Origin: Macrostomum hystrix
Taxonomy: Eukaryota; Animalia; Platyhelminthes
Reading direction: 5' to 3'
DNA length: 64,000 bases
NCBI GenBank assembly: GCA_950097015.1
Contig: CATNEN010000038.1
Location: forward strand, 32,550,001 to 32,614,000
Below, one piece after another: positions 1 through 14,175 of this stretch. Position 1 is the first letter of the stretch. Each line of letters opens with the position of its first letter. A program made the position numbers and the translations under genes. Below the pieces are notes generated by a model that made no database searches, was not told the origin of the DNA, and was given only the letters and a program-made list of their open reading frames with translations.

Positions 1-78
1 GCAATTAGTCACTTTAATTTCGTCTAGGGTTCTGCCAGTCTGCAATTAGTCACTTTAATTTCGTCTAGGGTTCTGCCT
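1..78. repeat. 41-bp tandem repeat, two copies at the window edge
   Basis: GCAATTAGTCACTTTAATTT(T)CGTCTAGGGTTCTGCC occurs twice. Confidence 0.8.
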
Positions 79-919
79 AGGGACTATTATAAAATAAAGT
101 GAATAAATGTGTTAAAAAATCACTCAATGCATATTTAAGCGAACAACATTGCAGCCATGAAAATCTTTATACAATAGCCAGGCGAGTAGAAAAATTTAAC
201 TGTCTCAATAAAATTATCTAGACGACTCGCTGCTTGTTTTACACTCTGAAAAGACACTGGAATGGAGCTAGTTCTAGTGTCTTTATATACACAGCTCCTA
301 ACAATCAACATAATATGGACAAAAATGGACAAACACGCCGGGACTATGCTGTTAATAAAAAAAGCGTTTTCAGATGTGTTTACAGCCAATTTTTTATCAC
401 TAAATAATATGCTACGAAGAAGCTTGTAATCACATTGTTGCTAAGAAACACGATTTTACAACTTACACGTAGAGCTGGATCCATTTCCTGGAAAATAAGT
501 AGACACAGATAATTGTGAATGAGTAGGCATTTATATTCATCAGCAGAAATCCGTTATAAACAAATAATTAAATAGCATGCGAATCTATTTTAGTTAAGTT
601 TCATATTGTTCGGAACAGATTTATATGATATAAATGTAATAATAGTATGATTTTCTAATGACTAACATCACCAAACATACGAGTACAACGATTAGTTGGA
701 TATAACAAACAGACTGACGATAGCCGAAATAAAATGTGCACCTGTGAAAACTATGTTTAAGCATTGCAACCCAATTTAACAGTGTTTGATCCGAATAAAC
801 GTGAGTGTGACAAAACCAGGACAGGTGATTCACCTTAGATAATTAAAGTTTTGAGATAACTAAGAGAATAGATAAAATGTTCGATAATCATAGGTGACAG
901 AGATTGAAAATGGGAGAGA

Positions 920-1770
920 ATATGGGTGAGATAGATAAAGACTAGAGAGATGGGTGAGATGAATGGAGAGATGAGAGATGGGTGAGATGAATGGAGAGAT
1001 GAGAGGAGATGGGTGAGATGGATGGAGAGATGAGATGGGTGAGATGGATGGAGAGATGAGAGATGGGTGAGATAGATGGAGAGATGAGAGATGGGTGAGA
1101 TGAATGGAGAGATGAGATGGGTGAGATGGATGGAGAGATGAGAGATGGGTGAGATAGATAGAGAGATGAGAGATGGGTGAGATGAATGGAGAGATGAGAG
1201 ATGGGTGAGATGAATGGAGAGATGAGAGGAGATGGGTGAGATGGATGGAGAGATGAGATGGGTGAGATGGATGGAGAGATGAGAGATGGATGGAGAGATG
1301 AGAGATGGATGAGATAGATGGAGAGATGAGAGATGGGTGAGATGAATGGAGAGATGAGATGGGTGAGATGGATGGAGAGATGAGAGATGGGTGAGATGGA
1401 TGGAGAGATGAGAGATGGGTGAGATGGATGGAGAGATGAGAGATGGGTGAGATAGATGGAGAGATGAGAGATGGGTGAGATAGATGGAGAGATGAGAGAT
1501 CGATGAGATGGATGGAGAGATGAGAGATCGATGAGATGGATGGAGAGATGAGAGATCGATGAGATGGATGGAGAGATGAGAGAAGGGTGAGATGAATGGA
1601 GAGATGAGAGATGGGTGAGATGGATGGAGAGATGAGAGGAGATGGGTGAGATGGATGGAGAGATGAGAGATGGGTGAGATGGATGGAGAGATGAGAGGAG
1701 ATGGGTGAGATGGATGGAGAGATGAGAGGAGATGGGTGAGATGGATGGAGAGATGAGAGGAGATGAGAGG
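920..1770. repeat. GA-rich ~28-bp minisatellite (GATGGGTGAGATGGATGGAGAGATGAGA), calpain intron 5
   Basis: Direct reading of tandem units. Confidence 0.95.
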
Positions 1771-1825
1771 CAAAGATAGTATCATATTTGTAGGGCGCCG
1801 GTCCAGAAAATGGCAATCCGCTCAC

Positions 1826-4800
1826 CCTGACATCCTCAACGGTGGTGACATCGTCCATCTCGCCGGACTCATTCTTGGTCTCGGAGTAGATGCGCACGAG
1901 GAAATCGGCTTCCTGATTAGGCTCGAAGGTGCTGGGCACAATGGCGTAGGTGCCAGGGTCGAGTTTGTGCCGGCCGCAAACCTCGCGCAGGTTAATGAAA
2001 GCTGGCGCCTTGGCTACGCTGGCTGTGGTCTTGAAGAATTTCAGATCTAGCGGGCGGTCCTCGCCATCCTGGATGCGGTAGATGGCATAGCCGATGGTGT
2101 GCAGGTCAAGGCCCTCCGATCGCTTCTTGCGCATATTTTTCTGCATCAGGCCGATGATGATGGAGCCCTTGTTCTCGTCGTCGTCCTCGTCGGGATCGAT
2201 GACCTTGACGCGGAACTGAGGATTAGTCCAGAAGGTGTCCAAAAAGTTGCGACAGCCGCCGGCGCTGACTCGCTTCTTCCATACGGCATTGTGCGTGATG
2301 GCCTCCCAGCGGCGCTTGTTCTTGTCGGCCGGGCCCAGCTGCTCGTCGCTGAGGCTGTCCGGACCCAGGTGGCAGATCTCCAGTTTCTGGTTGAGGGCGC
2401 GAGCGAATGCGACACGCGTGATGCTACTGTTAGTAGATTAACTGGTTGAATTTTCAGTTCACATGGACAAAGCAGTACTGGTTGAAATTTGATTTACCGA
2501 GATAATCAGATTTACTCTGCTGGGATTATGGGATTATCGACATTAAGTTGGGGGGATTATGTGATTATCGATATTAAGTTGGGGGATTATTGGATTATCG
2601 ACATTAAGTTGGGGGGATTATGTGATTATCGACATTAAGTTGGGGGGATTATGTGATTATCGATATTAAGTTGGGGGATTATGGGATTATCGACATTACA
2701 TTGCAGGGATTATGGGATTATCGACATTACGTTGTCGGATTATCGAACACGAAAGGATTCCTAGAAATCAAATTCGGCACAAGCAAATCTCACCTGAAAG
2801 TTGGAGCAGAAATCCTGGAAGCTCATCCAGAATTCGCCGTCATCGTCAAACGACAGGCCGAGACTTTTCTTCTCCGAGTCGGACAGGATGGACCACTCTG
2901 GCGAGCTGTCGCCCCAGGCGCCCTTCCACTCGGCCTCGTTGCCCCAGGGATTACGGATGCGGAGCAGCTGGACATTGCCCTTCTTGCCGCGTAGGTTCAC
3001 TTCCACCTACGGATTGGTGATTGGCGGAGATCGCTATGCTGGGGTGGTGATGGCTGACAGACGTTTGACAGTCTCAGCTGAGTATTGAGTATCAACTGGT
3101 CCAACAGTTACATCTGGTCCTACAGTCCCATCTGGTCCTACAGTTCCATCTGGTCCTACAGTTCCATCTGGTCCTACAGTTTCGTCTGGTCCTACAGCTC
3201 CATCTGATCCTATAGCTCCATCTGGTCCTACAGTTCCATCTGGTCCTACAGTTCCATCTGGTCCTACAGTTTCGTCTGGTCCTACAGCTCCATCTGATCC
3301 TACAGTTCCATCTGGTCCTACAGCTCCATCTGGTCCTACAGTTCCATCTGGTCCTACAGTTTCGTCTGGTCCTACAGCTCCATCTGATCCTACAGCTCCA
3401 TCTGGTCCTACAGTTCCATCTGGTCCTACAGCTCCATCTGGTCCTACAGTTCCATCTGGTCCTACAGTTTCGTCTGATCCTACAGCTCCATCTGGTCCTA
3501 CAGTTCCATCTGGTCCTACAGTTTCGTCTGGTCCTACAGCTCCATCTGGTCCTACAGTTTCGTCTGGTCCTACAGCTCTATCTGGTCCTACAGTTCCATC
3601 TGGTCCTACAGTTTCGTCTGGTCCTACAGCTCCATCTGGTCCTACAGTTTCGTCTGGTCCTACAGCTCCATCTGGTCCTACAGTTTCGTCTGGTCCTACA
3701 GCTCCATCTGGTCCTACAGCTCCATCTGGTCCTACAGTTTCGTCTGGTCCTACAGCTCCATCTGGTCCTACAGTTTCGTCTGGTCCTACAGCTCCATCTG
3801 GTCCTACAGTTCCATCTGGTCCTACAGCTCCATCTGGTCCAACAGTTTCACAGCTACTCACAGTGCGCACATCCGTGATTGAGTAGGCGTGTCCCATGAT
3901 GAGGCCGTTGGCCAGCTGAGCCTCCACCTGGTTGGGATCGGCTTCAATTGAGCAGCCCATTAGTGAGCTGCGCTTGTTAGCCTTGACCATTGTCTGGAAC
4001 AGGCCAGCGGGCGTGTTCTGCCTCAGGTCGTAGAACTCGGTGATGCCGCCAGTGAAGTCCTCCATAGCCTCGGAGGCGGAACCGCCTTTCAAAGCCTCAT
4101 AGCTGCCCATCATCTTGGCGTAGGCCTTCTCAAGCAGGGCGGACCAGAACTCATTGCTGTCAGTAGAGTGCATGAACACCAGCCTGTTGTTGTAGGTTGG
4201 CAGGCGATCGTCAACCAGGACGTCGGTCCATTCGCCGAATTGCCAGAAACGGAATCGAACAACGCCGCAATAGTCGGCATCGGTGAAATCCTGATCCTGG
4301 GGCACGACAAGGTCGAACAACTGCGGATGCATCGACAAAGAGGCCACAGCAGCCAGCAGCCAGCAGTCGCCTGCAGGTTGTTGAAAGTTTGTAAAAAATT
4401 AGGTTCGCTGAAATTTGCGAATCTGGGTCAGTAAAAAGACGGTTGCGTCTACCTCCACAGCTCATTATTCATTATTCTGGTCCTACAGTTCATTATGGTC
4501 CTACAGTTCATTATGGTCCCACTATTGTGGTCCTACAGTTCATTATGGTCCTACAGTTCATTACGGTCCCACTATTGTGGTCCTACAGTTTGTTATTCTA
4601 GTCCTACAATTCATTATGGTCCTACAGTTGATTATTATGGTCCTACAGCAGCTTTTCTGGTCCTACAGTTGATTATTCTGATCATACAGTTGATTATTCT
4701 GATCATACAGTTGATTATTCTGATCCTACAGTTGATTATTCTGGTCCTACAGTTAATTAATCTGGTCCTACAGTTGATTATTCTGGGCCTACAGTTAATT

Positions 4801-7800
4801 ATTCTGGTCCTACAGTTGATTATTCTGATCCTACAGTTGATTATTCTGGTCCTACAGTTGATTATTCTGATCCTACAGTTGATTATTCTGGTCCTACAGT
4901 TGATTATTCTGATCCTACAGTTGATTATTCTGATCCTACAGTTGATTATTATGGTCATACAGTTGATTATTCTGGTCCTACAGTTTATTATTCTGGGCCT
5001 ACAGTTCATTATGGTCCCACTATTTATTGTGGTCCTATAGTTCATTATCCTCGTCCTTAAGCTTAATATTCTGATCTTACAGTTCAATATTATGGTCCAA
5101 CAGTTTATCTATTATATCCAACGCTGAGTTACAGATATGTGTCTTGATGAAGGCTTAAAGGAAACAGCTAAAAAAGTGTAGACTATTATTAAAAAGACAA
5201 AGCAATGATAGAAATATTGAGCATTTTAAGAGAAAGCTGGATAGAAAATTGTTATTGAATAAGTAAGACATAACGAAACAATACTAACAAGTAATTCAGG
5301 GTATATTAGCGGCCTAAAACTTTATTTTCATGACAAAACATGTCAGGACCTTGCAGATAAGTTATAATTATATAGATGATGTTTTAGTATAAGAAGGGTA
5401 GGTTAAACAACACGATTGTATTGGAAGCATTCAGAATTTCATTAAGCTGGCAATTCAGTAGCTGGCTTGCCAAAATTATGAGCCCTAAAATTATGTGTGA
5501 TTGGGGAATTAAAATATTACTATTTATGCTACTCAATCATTTAGCAATTCAAGCAACATATTAAAAGCATGTCTAAAACGGGAAAAAAATAAATATATGA
5601 CTAGTTCTCTTTTAACTAACTTTCCATAGCCGTGATCTAGGCTCGTTAGCGCTAAAAACTAAAAAGCTCAAGAAAAGTTCCTAGATAGGAAATTTCATAG
5701 ATTGAGAAGTTTCCAGATTATGAATTTTCTAGATTCGGAAGTTACAAGATTGAGAAGTTTCTAGATTGGGAAGCATCTATTATAGATTGGTAAGTTTCTA
5801 GATTGGCAAGCATCCATTATAGATTGGGAAGTTTATATATTGGGAAGGATATAGATTGAGAAGTTTATAGATTGGGAAGTTTCTAGATTGGGAAGTTTCT
5901 AGATTGGGAAGTTTCTAGATTGGGAAGTTTCTAGATTGGGAAGTTTCTAGATTGAGAAGTTTCTAGATTGGGAAGTTTCTAGATTGGGAAGTTTCTAGAT
6001 TGAGAAGTTCTTAGATAGGAAATTTCCTAGATTGGGAAGTTTCTAGATTGGGAAGCATCTATTATAGATTGGGAAGTTTCTAGATTGGGAAGGATATAGA
6101 TTGATAAGGATATAGATTGAGAAGTTTATAGATTGGGAAGTTTCAAGATTGGGAAGTTTCTAGATTGGGAAGTTTCTAGATTGGGAAGTTTCTAGATTGG
6201 GAAGTTTCTAGATTGGGAAGTTTCTAGATTGGGAAGTTTCTAGATTGGGAAGTTTCTAGATTGGGAAGTTTCTAGATTGGGAAGTTTCTAGATTGGGAAG
6301 TTTCTAGATTGGGAAGTTTCTAGATAGGCAATTTCCTAGATTGGGTAGCTTCTGGATTGGGAAGTTCTTAGATAGGAAATTTCCTAGATTGGGAAGTTTC
6401 TAGATTGGGAAGCATCTATTATAGATCGGGAAGTTTCTAGATTGGGAAGGATATAGATTGAGAAGTTTATAGATTGGGAAGTTTCTAGATTGGGAAGTTT
6501 CTAGATTGGGAAGTTTCTAGATTGGGAAGTTTCTAGATTGGGAAGTTTCTAGATTGGGAAGTTTCTAGATTGGGAAGTTTCTAGATTGGGAAGTTTCTAG
6601 ATAGGCAATTTCCTAGATTGGGTAGCTTCTGGATTGGGAAGTTCTTAGATAGGAAATTTCCTAGATTGGGAAGTTTCTAGATTGGGAAGCATCTATTATA
6701 GATTGGGAAGTTTCTAGATTGGGAAGGATATAGATTGATAAGGATATAGATTGAGAAGTTTCTAGATTGGGAAGTTTCTAGATTGGGAAGTTTCAAGATT
6801 GGGAAGTTTCTAGATTTGGAAGTTTCTAGATTGGGAAGTTTCTAGATTGGGAAGTCTCCAGTCTACAAAAGTGCATAGTTTGTGAAGGTTCAGCAAGAAC
6901 GAATTGTAAAATTCAATGGCAGCAGATAACTACAAGAGGGTTAGTTAAGTTCGAAGATGACTAATGTAACTCAGGCTCGGGTCCATTAATCTCCCCCCGG
7001 CTCAGATGCAGTGCATTGGATGATTCCTAAAGCATAGCAACTATAGCAAACCTGAATCCACAGATTCCCTATCTGCAGACGCACGAACAGGGGGAATGGG
7101 CGCACAGGAATGCCCTAAAGGCCATAGCCGATGATATTCCGCGTACACGAAAAATGCCACAGCCGTACACACACACACACACACTGGGAGACAAGGGGCA
7201 GGAAAGCAAAGAAGGATTTCGACTTTATTTCCTATCGTTTCCGCTCCACTTTTCCAATCTTAACGCGCGCACAGTCGGGCCCCCAGCACATTTAACGGCT
7301 TTCAGTTAGAGAGAAAGAAAGAAAAAGAATTAATCGATTTTCTAGCGGTGCGCGCGCAACACAGAGTGACCTCCACTTGCAAACTAAATTAGCCAAGGGC
7401 AAGGAAGAAGAAAGTATATTGGAGGGGCCGACAAACAAAGTTTGTTTCTATTACAAAATATCAAAAGAGAAGAGGTATTGCTTTGGGCCAAGGCCAGGAA
7501 ACGTTGAACGAATTGGGAAAAATGGCAGACAACTAATACACTTTAGTTAGCTGCCACACTCTTGGTACCCGATGCCACATAGCTATCAATATTTAAGAGG
7601 CCTGGATAAGAGTTTGCATGCTGAAACTAAAAAGACCTGCTTTAAATGTCACCCAACCGTGCCTTCTGTTCGTTGATATTTAATCTTCTATTCTACTTGT
7701 TCGTTAGATAGGAAATCCAGAAGATATAACTAAAGTACATATATGATTAATTTGAAATTCCCCACAGTCAACTCACACTGGTGGTCTGGGGAGCAAATTC

Positions 7801-10800
7801 AAATTATTCAATAAAAGTAAACACTGCTACTACAGGGGATTAAACTAGCTGGCAGGGAGATCCTTCCAGCATACTACGCTTCTGTTATACCCCGTATAAA
7901 ATGTACAGGCCGTATTAAACTTTTACCGAGATTTTAGTCATCAATAATTCTTTCTACAGTCTACAGTCCATCCTACAGTCTCCTACCCTGCCCCCCAATA
8001 AAGTCTCCCACCCTGTCTCCTACCATGTCTCCTACCCTGTCTCCCACCCTGTCTTCTACCCTGTCTCCTACCCTGTCTCCTACAAAGTTTCTCACCCTGT
8101 CTCCCAGAATGTCTCCCACCCTGTCTCCTACCCTGTCTCCCACCGTCTCCTACCCTGTCTTCTACCCTGTCTCCTACAAAGTTTCTCACCCTGTCTCCCA
8201 GAATGTCTCCCAGCCTGTCTCCTACCATGTCTCCCACCCTGTCTCCTACAATGTCTCCTACCATGTCTCCCACCCTGTCTCCTACAATGACTCCTACAAT
8301 GTCTCCCACCCTGTCTCCTACCCTGTCTCCTAAAGTCTCCTACAATGACTCCTACCATGTCTCCCACCCTGTCTCCCACCCTGTCTCCTACCATGTCTCC
8401 TACCCTGTCTCCCACCCTGTCTCCCACCCTGTCTTCTACCCTGTCTCCTACCCTGTCTCCTACAAAGTTTCTCACCCTGTCTCCCAGAATGTCTCCCACC
8501 CTGTCTCCTACCCTGTCTCCCACCCTGTCTCCCACCCTGTCTCCCACCCTGTCTCCCACCCTGTCTTCTACCCTGTCTCCTACAAAGTTTCTCACCCTGT
8601 CTCCCAGAATGTCTCCCACCGTCTCCTACAATGACTCCTACAATGTCTCCCACCCTGTCTCCTAAAGTCTCCTACAATGACTCCTACCATGTCTCCCACC
8701 CTGTTTCCCACCCTGTCTCCTACCATATCTCCTACCATGTCTCCCACCCTGTGTCCTACAATGACTCCTACAATGTCTCCTACCCTGTCTCCCACCCTGT
8801 CTCCCACCCTGTCTCCTACAATGACTCCTACAATGTCTCCTACCCTGTCTCCCACCCTGTCTCCCACCCTGTCTCCTACAATGACTCCTACCATATCTCC
8901 TACCATGTCTCCCACCCTGTCTCCTACAATGACTCCTACAATGTCTCCCACCCTGTCTCCTACCCTGTCTCCTAAAGTCTCCTACAATGACTCCTACCAT
9001 GTCTCCCACCCTGTCTCCCACCCTGTTTCCCACCCTGTCTCCTACCATATCTCCTACCATGTCTCCCACCCTGTCTCCTACAATGACTCCTACAATGTCT
9101 CCTACCCTGTCTCCCACCCTGTCTCCTACAATGACTCCTACAATGTCTCCCACCCTGTCTCCCACCCTGTCTCCTACAATGTCTCCCACCCTGTCTCCTA
9201 CAATGACTCCTACCCTGTCTCCCACCCTGTCTCCTACAATGACTCCTACAATGTCTCCCACCCTGTCTCCCACCCTGTCTCCCACCCTGTCTCCTACAAT
9301 GTCTCCCACCCTGTCTCCTACAATGTCTCCCACCCTGTCTCCTACAATGTCTCCCACCCTGTCTCCTACAATGACTCCTACCCTGTCTCCCACCCTGTCT
9401 CCCACCCTGTTTCCCACCCTGTCTCCTACCTTATCTCCTACCATGTCTCCCACCCTGTCTCCTACAATGACTCCTACAATGTCTCCCACCCTGTCTCCTA
9501 CCCTGTCTCCTAAAGTCTCCTACAATGACTCCTACAATGTCTCCTACCCTGTCTCCCACCCTGTCTCCTACCCTGTCTCCTACAATGTCTCCCACCCTGT
9601 CTCCCACCCTGTCTCCCACCCTGTCTCCTACAATGTCTCCCACCCTGTCTCCTACAATGACTCCTACAATGTCTCCCACCCTACTACCATATTTCAAGCC
9701 TTTTTACGAATAGCAGCTTCTGTTTTTTAACTAAAACAAATTCTACAGTCTTAAGACCTTAGCAGAAGTAATTAAGTAAGTAATTAAGTAATCCAGCCTG
9801 ATCCTACGTGGGAAAGCAATAATGCATTTTCTCCAACAAATGCAACTCAGTATCAAACGTATCCAGCTTACAGCCAAAAACTAAATGCACTACATATTTA
9901 CCTAATGCATAGAAATTTAGCAAGAGCGACTAACTTGCATATCATTACTCATATATAGAGATTTTCTGATATGCTTGGAAAATTGCTACTGAGAAGATTT
10001 ACTTGCTAGAGAATGTACAATTTCACACCCACTCACTATTCCTAAATGAACTCTCGCTGAGCCCCATAGAAGCTTGCACACCAACCCCTTAGCACAACCC
10101 AAGCAGGAGGTCAAGGCCCATGCATTAGACTAGTGAGAAAACTGAGTTGAAGAGTAAAAGAAAACGAAAGGTAGCTCCTGAAATTAATCGCTATACAGTG
10201 CAATTCTGCAATGCTTTTTTCATTTGCAACACTTCACTTTATTTATAATTAGCCCAAGCCTATTTAGTTTCTCCACATTTTATATATGCGGCACATTTTT
10301 ATTTACTTATTCTTGCGTATTACCTTGCTATCAAGTGTACTTGCGATCTTTGTAGCTCTCCATCTCCCTAGAAATCTCTCGGCATCTCTCTTTGGCAATT
10401 TATTTCTACTCTATCAATCTCTCGTTGTCTCTCTATCAATCTTTATTCGTCTTTCTATCAATCTCCAGATGCCTCGCTATCTGTATCTTGACATCTCTTT
10501 TGTCTATCAATTTCCTTCTCTTTGCCTATCTCTTGAGGTCTCTCTATCAATAGATTTAGGCTCTTTATCAATCTCCAAATTGTCTCTTTGTTAATATTTT
10601 ATTTGTATATTTATCAATCTGATTCTGTCCTTATCATTCTATCGATGTCTATCCAAATGATATATGTTCGCCTCTTTCTAAAGCTTTCGGTGTCTCTCTA
10701 CCAATATATGACGCCTCAATGTCAACCTTCTAATGTCTGATTTCGCGAATCTAATCATGTTTTCACTCCATTCTCTTTCTCTATATAATAATAATAATTG

Positions 10801-13650
10801 CAGGAGGGCTGCGGGCAATGGCACATCATTTGGTGACACTAGATTTGGTGAATTCTGCCCTATCTTACTGATTGCCAGGCAGTGTACACTTTCACTGCGC
10901 CTTGGAGGTTGGCCCCTCGGCCTCAAGGACCAATAAAACATATCTAGTGCTCTAACTTTAACTATACGTATACACAGGTAAATCTACATAGCTGAACTGG
11001 CTAGGGATAATTTACCAATTGTTTCAATATTTTCCACACGAATGGATATTATGCGAAGTGTGAGAAAAATACAACTTTCGAATAAAAATTGCTATTTAAC
11101 GATTGATCGAGAATCATATTTAATCGACAGAAAGCGAAAAAAAATTATTTGAGTTTAGTGTACACATGATAATCTATTCGGTGTGTTATATACAAACTAC
11201 ATATTGAAACCATTACAGATACTTTGCGAAAAAAATATAAGTTTACAAAAAGGTGGAATAATTAAAAAGCTTACCTAGCTCGCCCTGGCGCACATCAAAC
11301 CGGCTGGCTCCGCCGACAAAGAATCTCGGATTGTTGCACAGCTCCTGAAATTTGTTTGCCGTGAGATCAATCTACTACCATCACTATCAATCTACTACCA
11401 TCACTATCAATCTACTACCATCACTATCAATCCACTACCATCTCCATCAATCTACTATCATCTCCATCAATCTACTACCATCACTATCAATCTACTACCA
11501 TCACTATCAATCTACTACCATCACTATCAATCTACTACCATCACTATCAATCTACTACCATCACTATCAATCTACTACCATCACTATCAATCTACTACCA
11601 TCACTATCAATCTACTACCATCACTATCAATCTACTACCATCACTATCAATCTACTACCATCTCCATCAATCTACTACCATCTCCATCAATATACTACCA
11701 TCACTATCAATCTACTACCATCTCCATCAATCTACTACCATCTCTATCAATCTACTACCATCTCCATCAATCTACTACCATCACTATCAATCTACTACCA
11801 TCACTATCAATCTACTACCATCTTCATCAATCTACTACCATCTCTATCAATCTACTACCATCTCTATCAATCTACTACCATCTCCATCAATCTACTACCA
11901 TCACTATCAATCTACTACCATCACTATCAATCTACTACCATCTCCATCAATCTACTACCATCTCCATCAATCTACTACCATCACTATCAATCTACTACCA
12001 TCACTATCAATCTACTACCATCACTTTCAATCTACTACTATCACTATCAATCTACTACCATCACTATCAATCTACTACCATCACTATCAATCTACTACCA
12101 TCACTATCAATCTACTACCATCACTATCAATCTACTACCATCTCCATCAATCTACTACCATCACTATCAATCTACTACCATCACTATCAATCTACTACCA
12201 TCTCCATCAATCTACTACCATCTCTATCAATATACTACCATCACTATCAATCTACTACCATCTCCATCAATCTACTACCATCTCTATCAATCTACTACCA
12301 TCTCCATCAATCTACTACCATCTCTATCAATCTACTACCATCTCTATCAATCTACTACCATCACTATCAATCTACTACCATCTCCATCAATCTACTACCA
12401 TCACTATCAATCTACTGCCATCACTATCAATCTACTACCATCACTATCAATCTACTACCATCTCCATCAATCTACTACCATCTCTATCAATCTACTACCA
12501 TCTCCATCAATCTACTACCATCACTATCAATCTACTACCATCACTATCAATCCACTACCATCTCCATCAATCTACTACCATCTCCATCAATCTACTACCA
12601 TCACTATCAATCTACTACCATCACTATCAATATACTACCATCTCCATCAATCTACTGCCATCTCCATCAATCTACTACCATCACTATCAATCTACTACCA
12701 TCACTATCAATATACTACCATCTCCATCAATCTACTACCATCTCCATCAATCTACTACCATCACTATCAATCTACTGCCATCACTATCAATCTACTACCA
12801 TCACTATCAATCTACTACCATCACTATCAATCTACTACCATCTCTATCAATCTACTACCATCCCTATCAATCTACTACCATCTCTATCAATCTACTACCA
12901 TCTCCATCAATCTACTACCATCACTATCAATCTACTACCATTAACTATCAATATACTACCATCACTATCAATCTACTACCATCTTCATCAATCCACTACC
13001 ATCACTATCAATCTACTACCATCACTATCAATCTACTACCATCACTATCAATCTACTACCATCACTATCAATCTACTACCATCACTATCAATCTACTACC
13101 ATCACTATCAATCTACTGCCATCTCTATCAATCTACGACCATCTCTATCAATCTACTGCCATCACTATCAATCTACTACCATCACTATCAATCTACTACC
13201 ATCCCTATCAATCTACTGCCATCTCTATCAATCTATTACTATCTCTATCAAGCTATCACGGTCTCTTTATCAAGCTATCACGGTCTCTATCAAGCTGCCA
13301 TTGTTCATGTTAACCTCTCGCAGTCTATTTATCAAATTTAAAATTGTCAATCTATTGATCTAAGAAATGAGACATTTCAACTGTACTCAGAGCGCACTCA
13401 CATGCGGCCGTTTCCATTCAAATGGCCTTGGCGGCTGCCTGGAATAGAAGATGCTCTTAGCCACAGCCGGAAAGTCGGGATCTTCGTACAGCTGCTTCTT
13501 GGCAGAATATTCAGCTTTCAGGGCACGAAATTTCTCATCGCCGCTGGAGATTTCTGCCGATTTTTTATTGGCAGCTCGCGAAGTGGCTGGACCGCGGGCG
13601 GCAGTGGTCGATGGTGGCGGAGCCGGTGGATTGCGATTGAAGTGCGGCAT
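1826..13650 (-). CDS. Classical calpain (CysPc catalytic domain plus domain III), 5 coding exons, 3' part (EF-hand domain) outside the window
   Basis: Exons 13650-13402, 11344-11275, 4370-3862, 3006-2794 and 2386-1826 join with GT-AG boundaries and matching phases. Translation gives [28 protein letters not shown] (catalytic Cys), [32 protein letters not shown] (His), RIRNPWG (Asn), [30 protein letters not shown] and PSTFEP. The last exon ends at a GTGAG donor at 1825. Confidence 0.95.
2520..2745. repeat. ~31-bp minisatellite (GATTATCGACATTAAGTTGGGGGGATTATGT), calpain intron 4
   Basis: About 7 degenerate tandem units. Confidence 0.9.
3096..3850. repeat. 18-bp minisatellite (TCTGGTCCTACAGTTCCA), calpain intron 3
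   Basis: About 42 units in three variants (gctcca/gttcca/gtttcg). Confidence 0.95.
4476..5105. repeat. 19-21-bp minisatellite (CTGGTCCTACAGTTGATTATT), calpain intron 2
   Basis: Tandem units sharing the GGTCCTACAG core with the intron-3 array. Confidence 0.95.
5675..6860. repeat. 16-bp satellite (TAGATTGGGAAGTTTC)
   Basis: Tandem units with recurring variant blocks. The same unit occurs inverted at 30.7-32.2 kb. Confidence 0.95.
7975..9685. repeat. 12-bp minisatellite (TGTCTCCYACCC / TGACTCCTACAA) with higher-order blocks
   Basis: Direct reading. The marker TAAAGTCTCC recurs at about 8331, 8663, 8973 and 9511. Confidence 0.95.
10787..10934 (-). mobile_element. SINE family 1, 5'-truncated copy
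   Basis: The reverse complement reads GGGGCCAACCTCCAAGGC..GGGCAGAATT..TCTAGTGTCACCAAAT.ATGTGCCA.TGCC.GCAGCCCTCCTGCAATTATTATT, the same 3' end as the 14.9-kb copy. Confidence 0.7.
11367..13250. repeat. 20-bp minisatellite (TCAATCTACTACCATCACTA), calpain intron 1
   Basis: About 94 units. The register is unbroken until a 1-nt shift near 12941. Confidence 0.97.
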
Positions 13651-13914
13651 GATTGACTATTTGAATTGTTTTCTTTGCTTCTGATGTGTACTGCTGTTTC
13701 AGCTCAGTTGATGCACTAAGAGCTAAAAGTAATAAAAAAGATTTTAACAGTTTTAACCTGTATGAAACTTCTATTCACTTTACTAAGCAGAAATATTGGA
13801 TAATGTCCAACTGCCATACAAAAGTCTTCAAAATTACTACACTAAAATATTACCAGAAAGAACATTCTAAGCAGGCTTAAAGACAGGTGAAGTACTGACA
13901 CAGAAAACAAATTA

Positions 13915-14175
13915 CTATATGATACATACATGCGCAACACCTGGCCTAACCGGCCAGGTGAAACAAGGGCCAAGCAAAGTAAGTCGCAAAAACCAATCAA
14001 CCAAGAGCAAAAAAATCAAAGGGGGGACCAAGGGACAAAAAAGGAAGGCATGAAGAAAAGGAAAAAGGGGAGAGAAAAAGAGAGCAAATGAGAGTAAACT
14101 AAGTCGTAAATAGAGCAAAAACTAAGTCACATGGCCGGCTAAGATTTGGGATGTTGCACATGTATGATATGATAG
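13915..14175. mobile_element. MITE-like non-autonomous element
   Basis: Imperfect ~42-bp inverted ends (ctatatgatacatacatgcgcaacac..taaccggcca vs tggccggctaa..atgttgcacatgtatgatatgatag) with TA on both sides. The A-rich interior carries three TAAGTC(G/A) motifs and has no credible ORF. Confidence 0.55.

Noticed and set aside
6970-7060. Possible dispersed repeat shared with 57070-57150 (TCCCCCC, CTCAGATGC, ACTATAGC)
   Set aside because: Only short scattered matches; I cannot support homology without an alignment.
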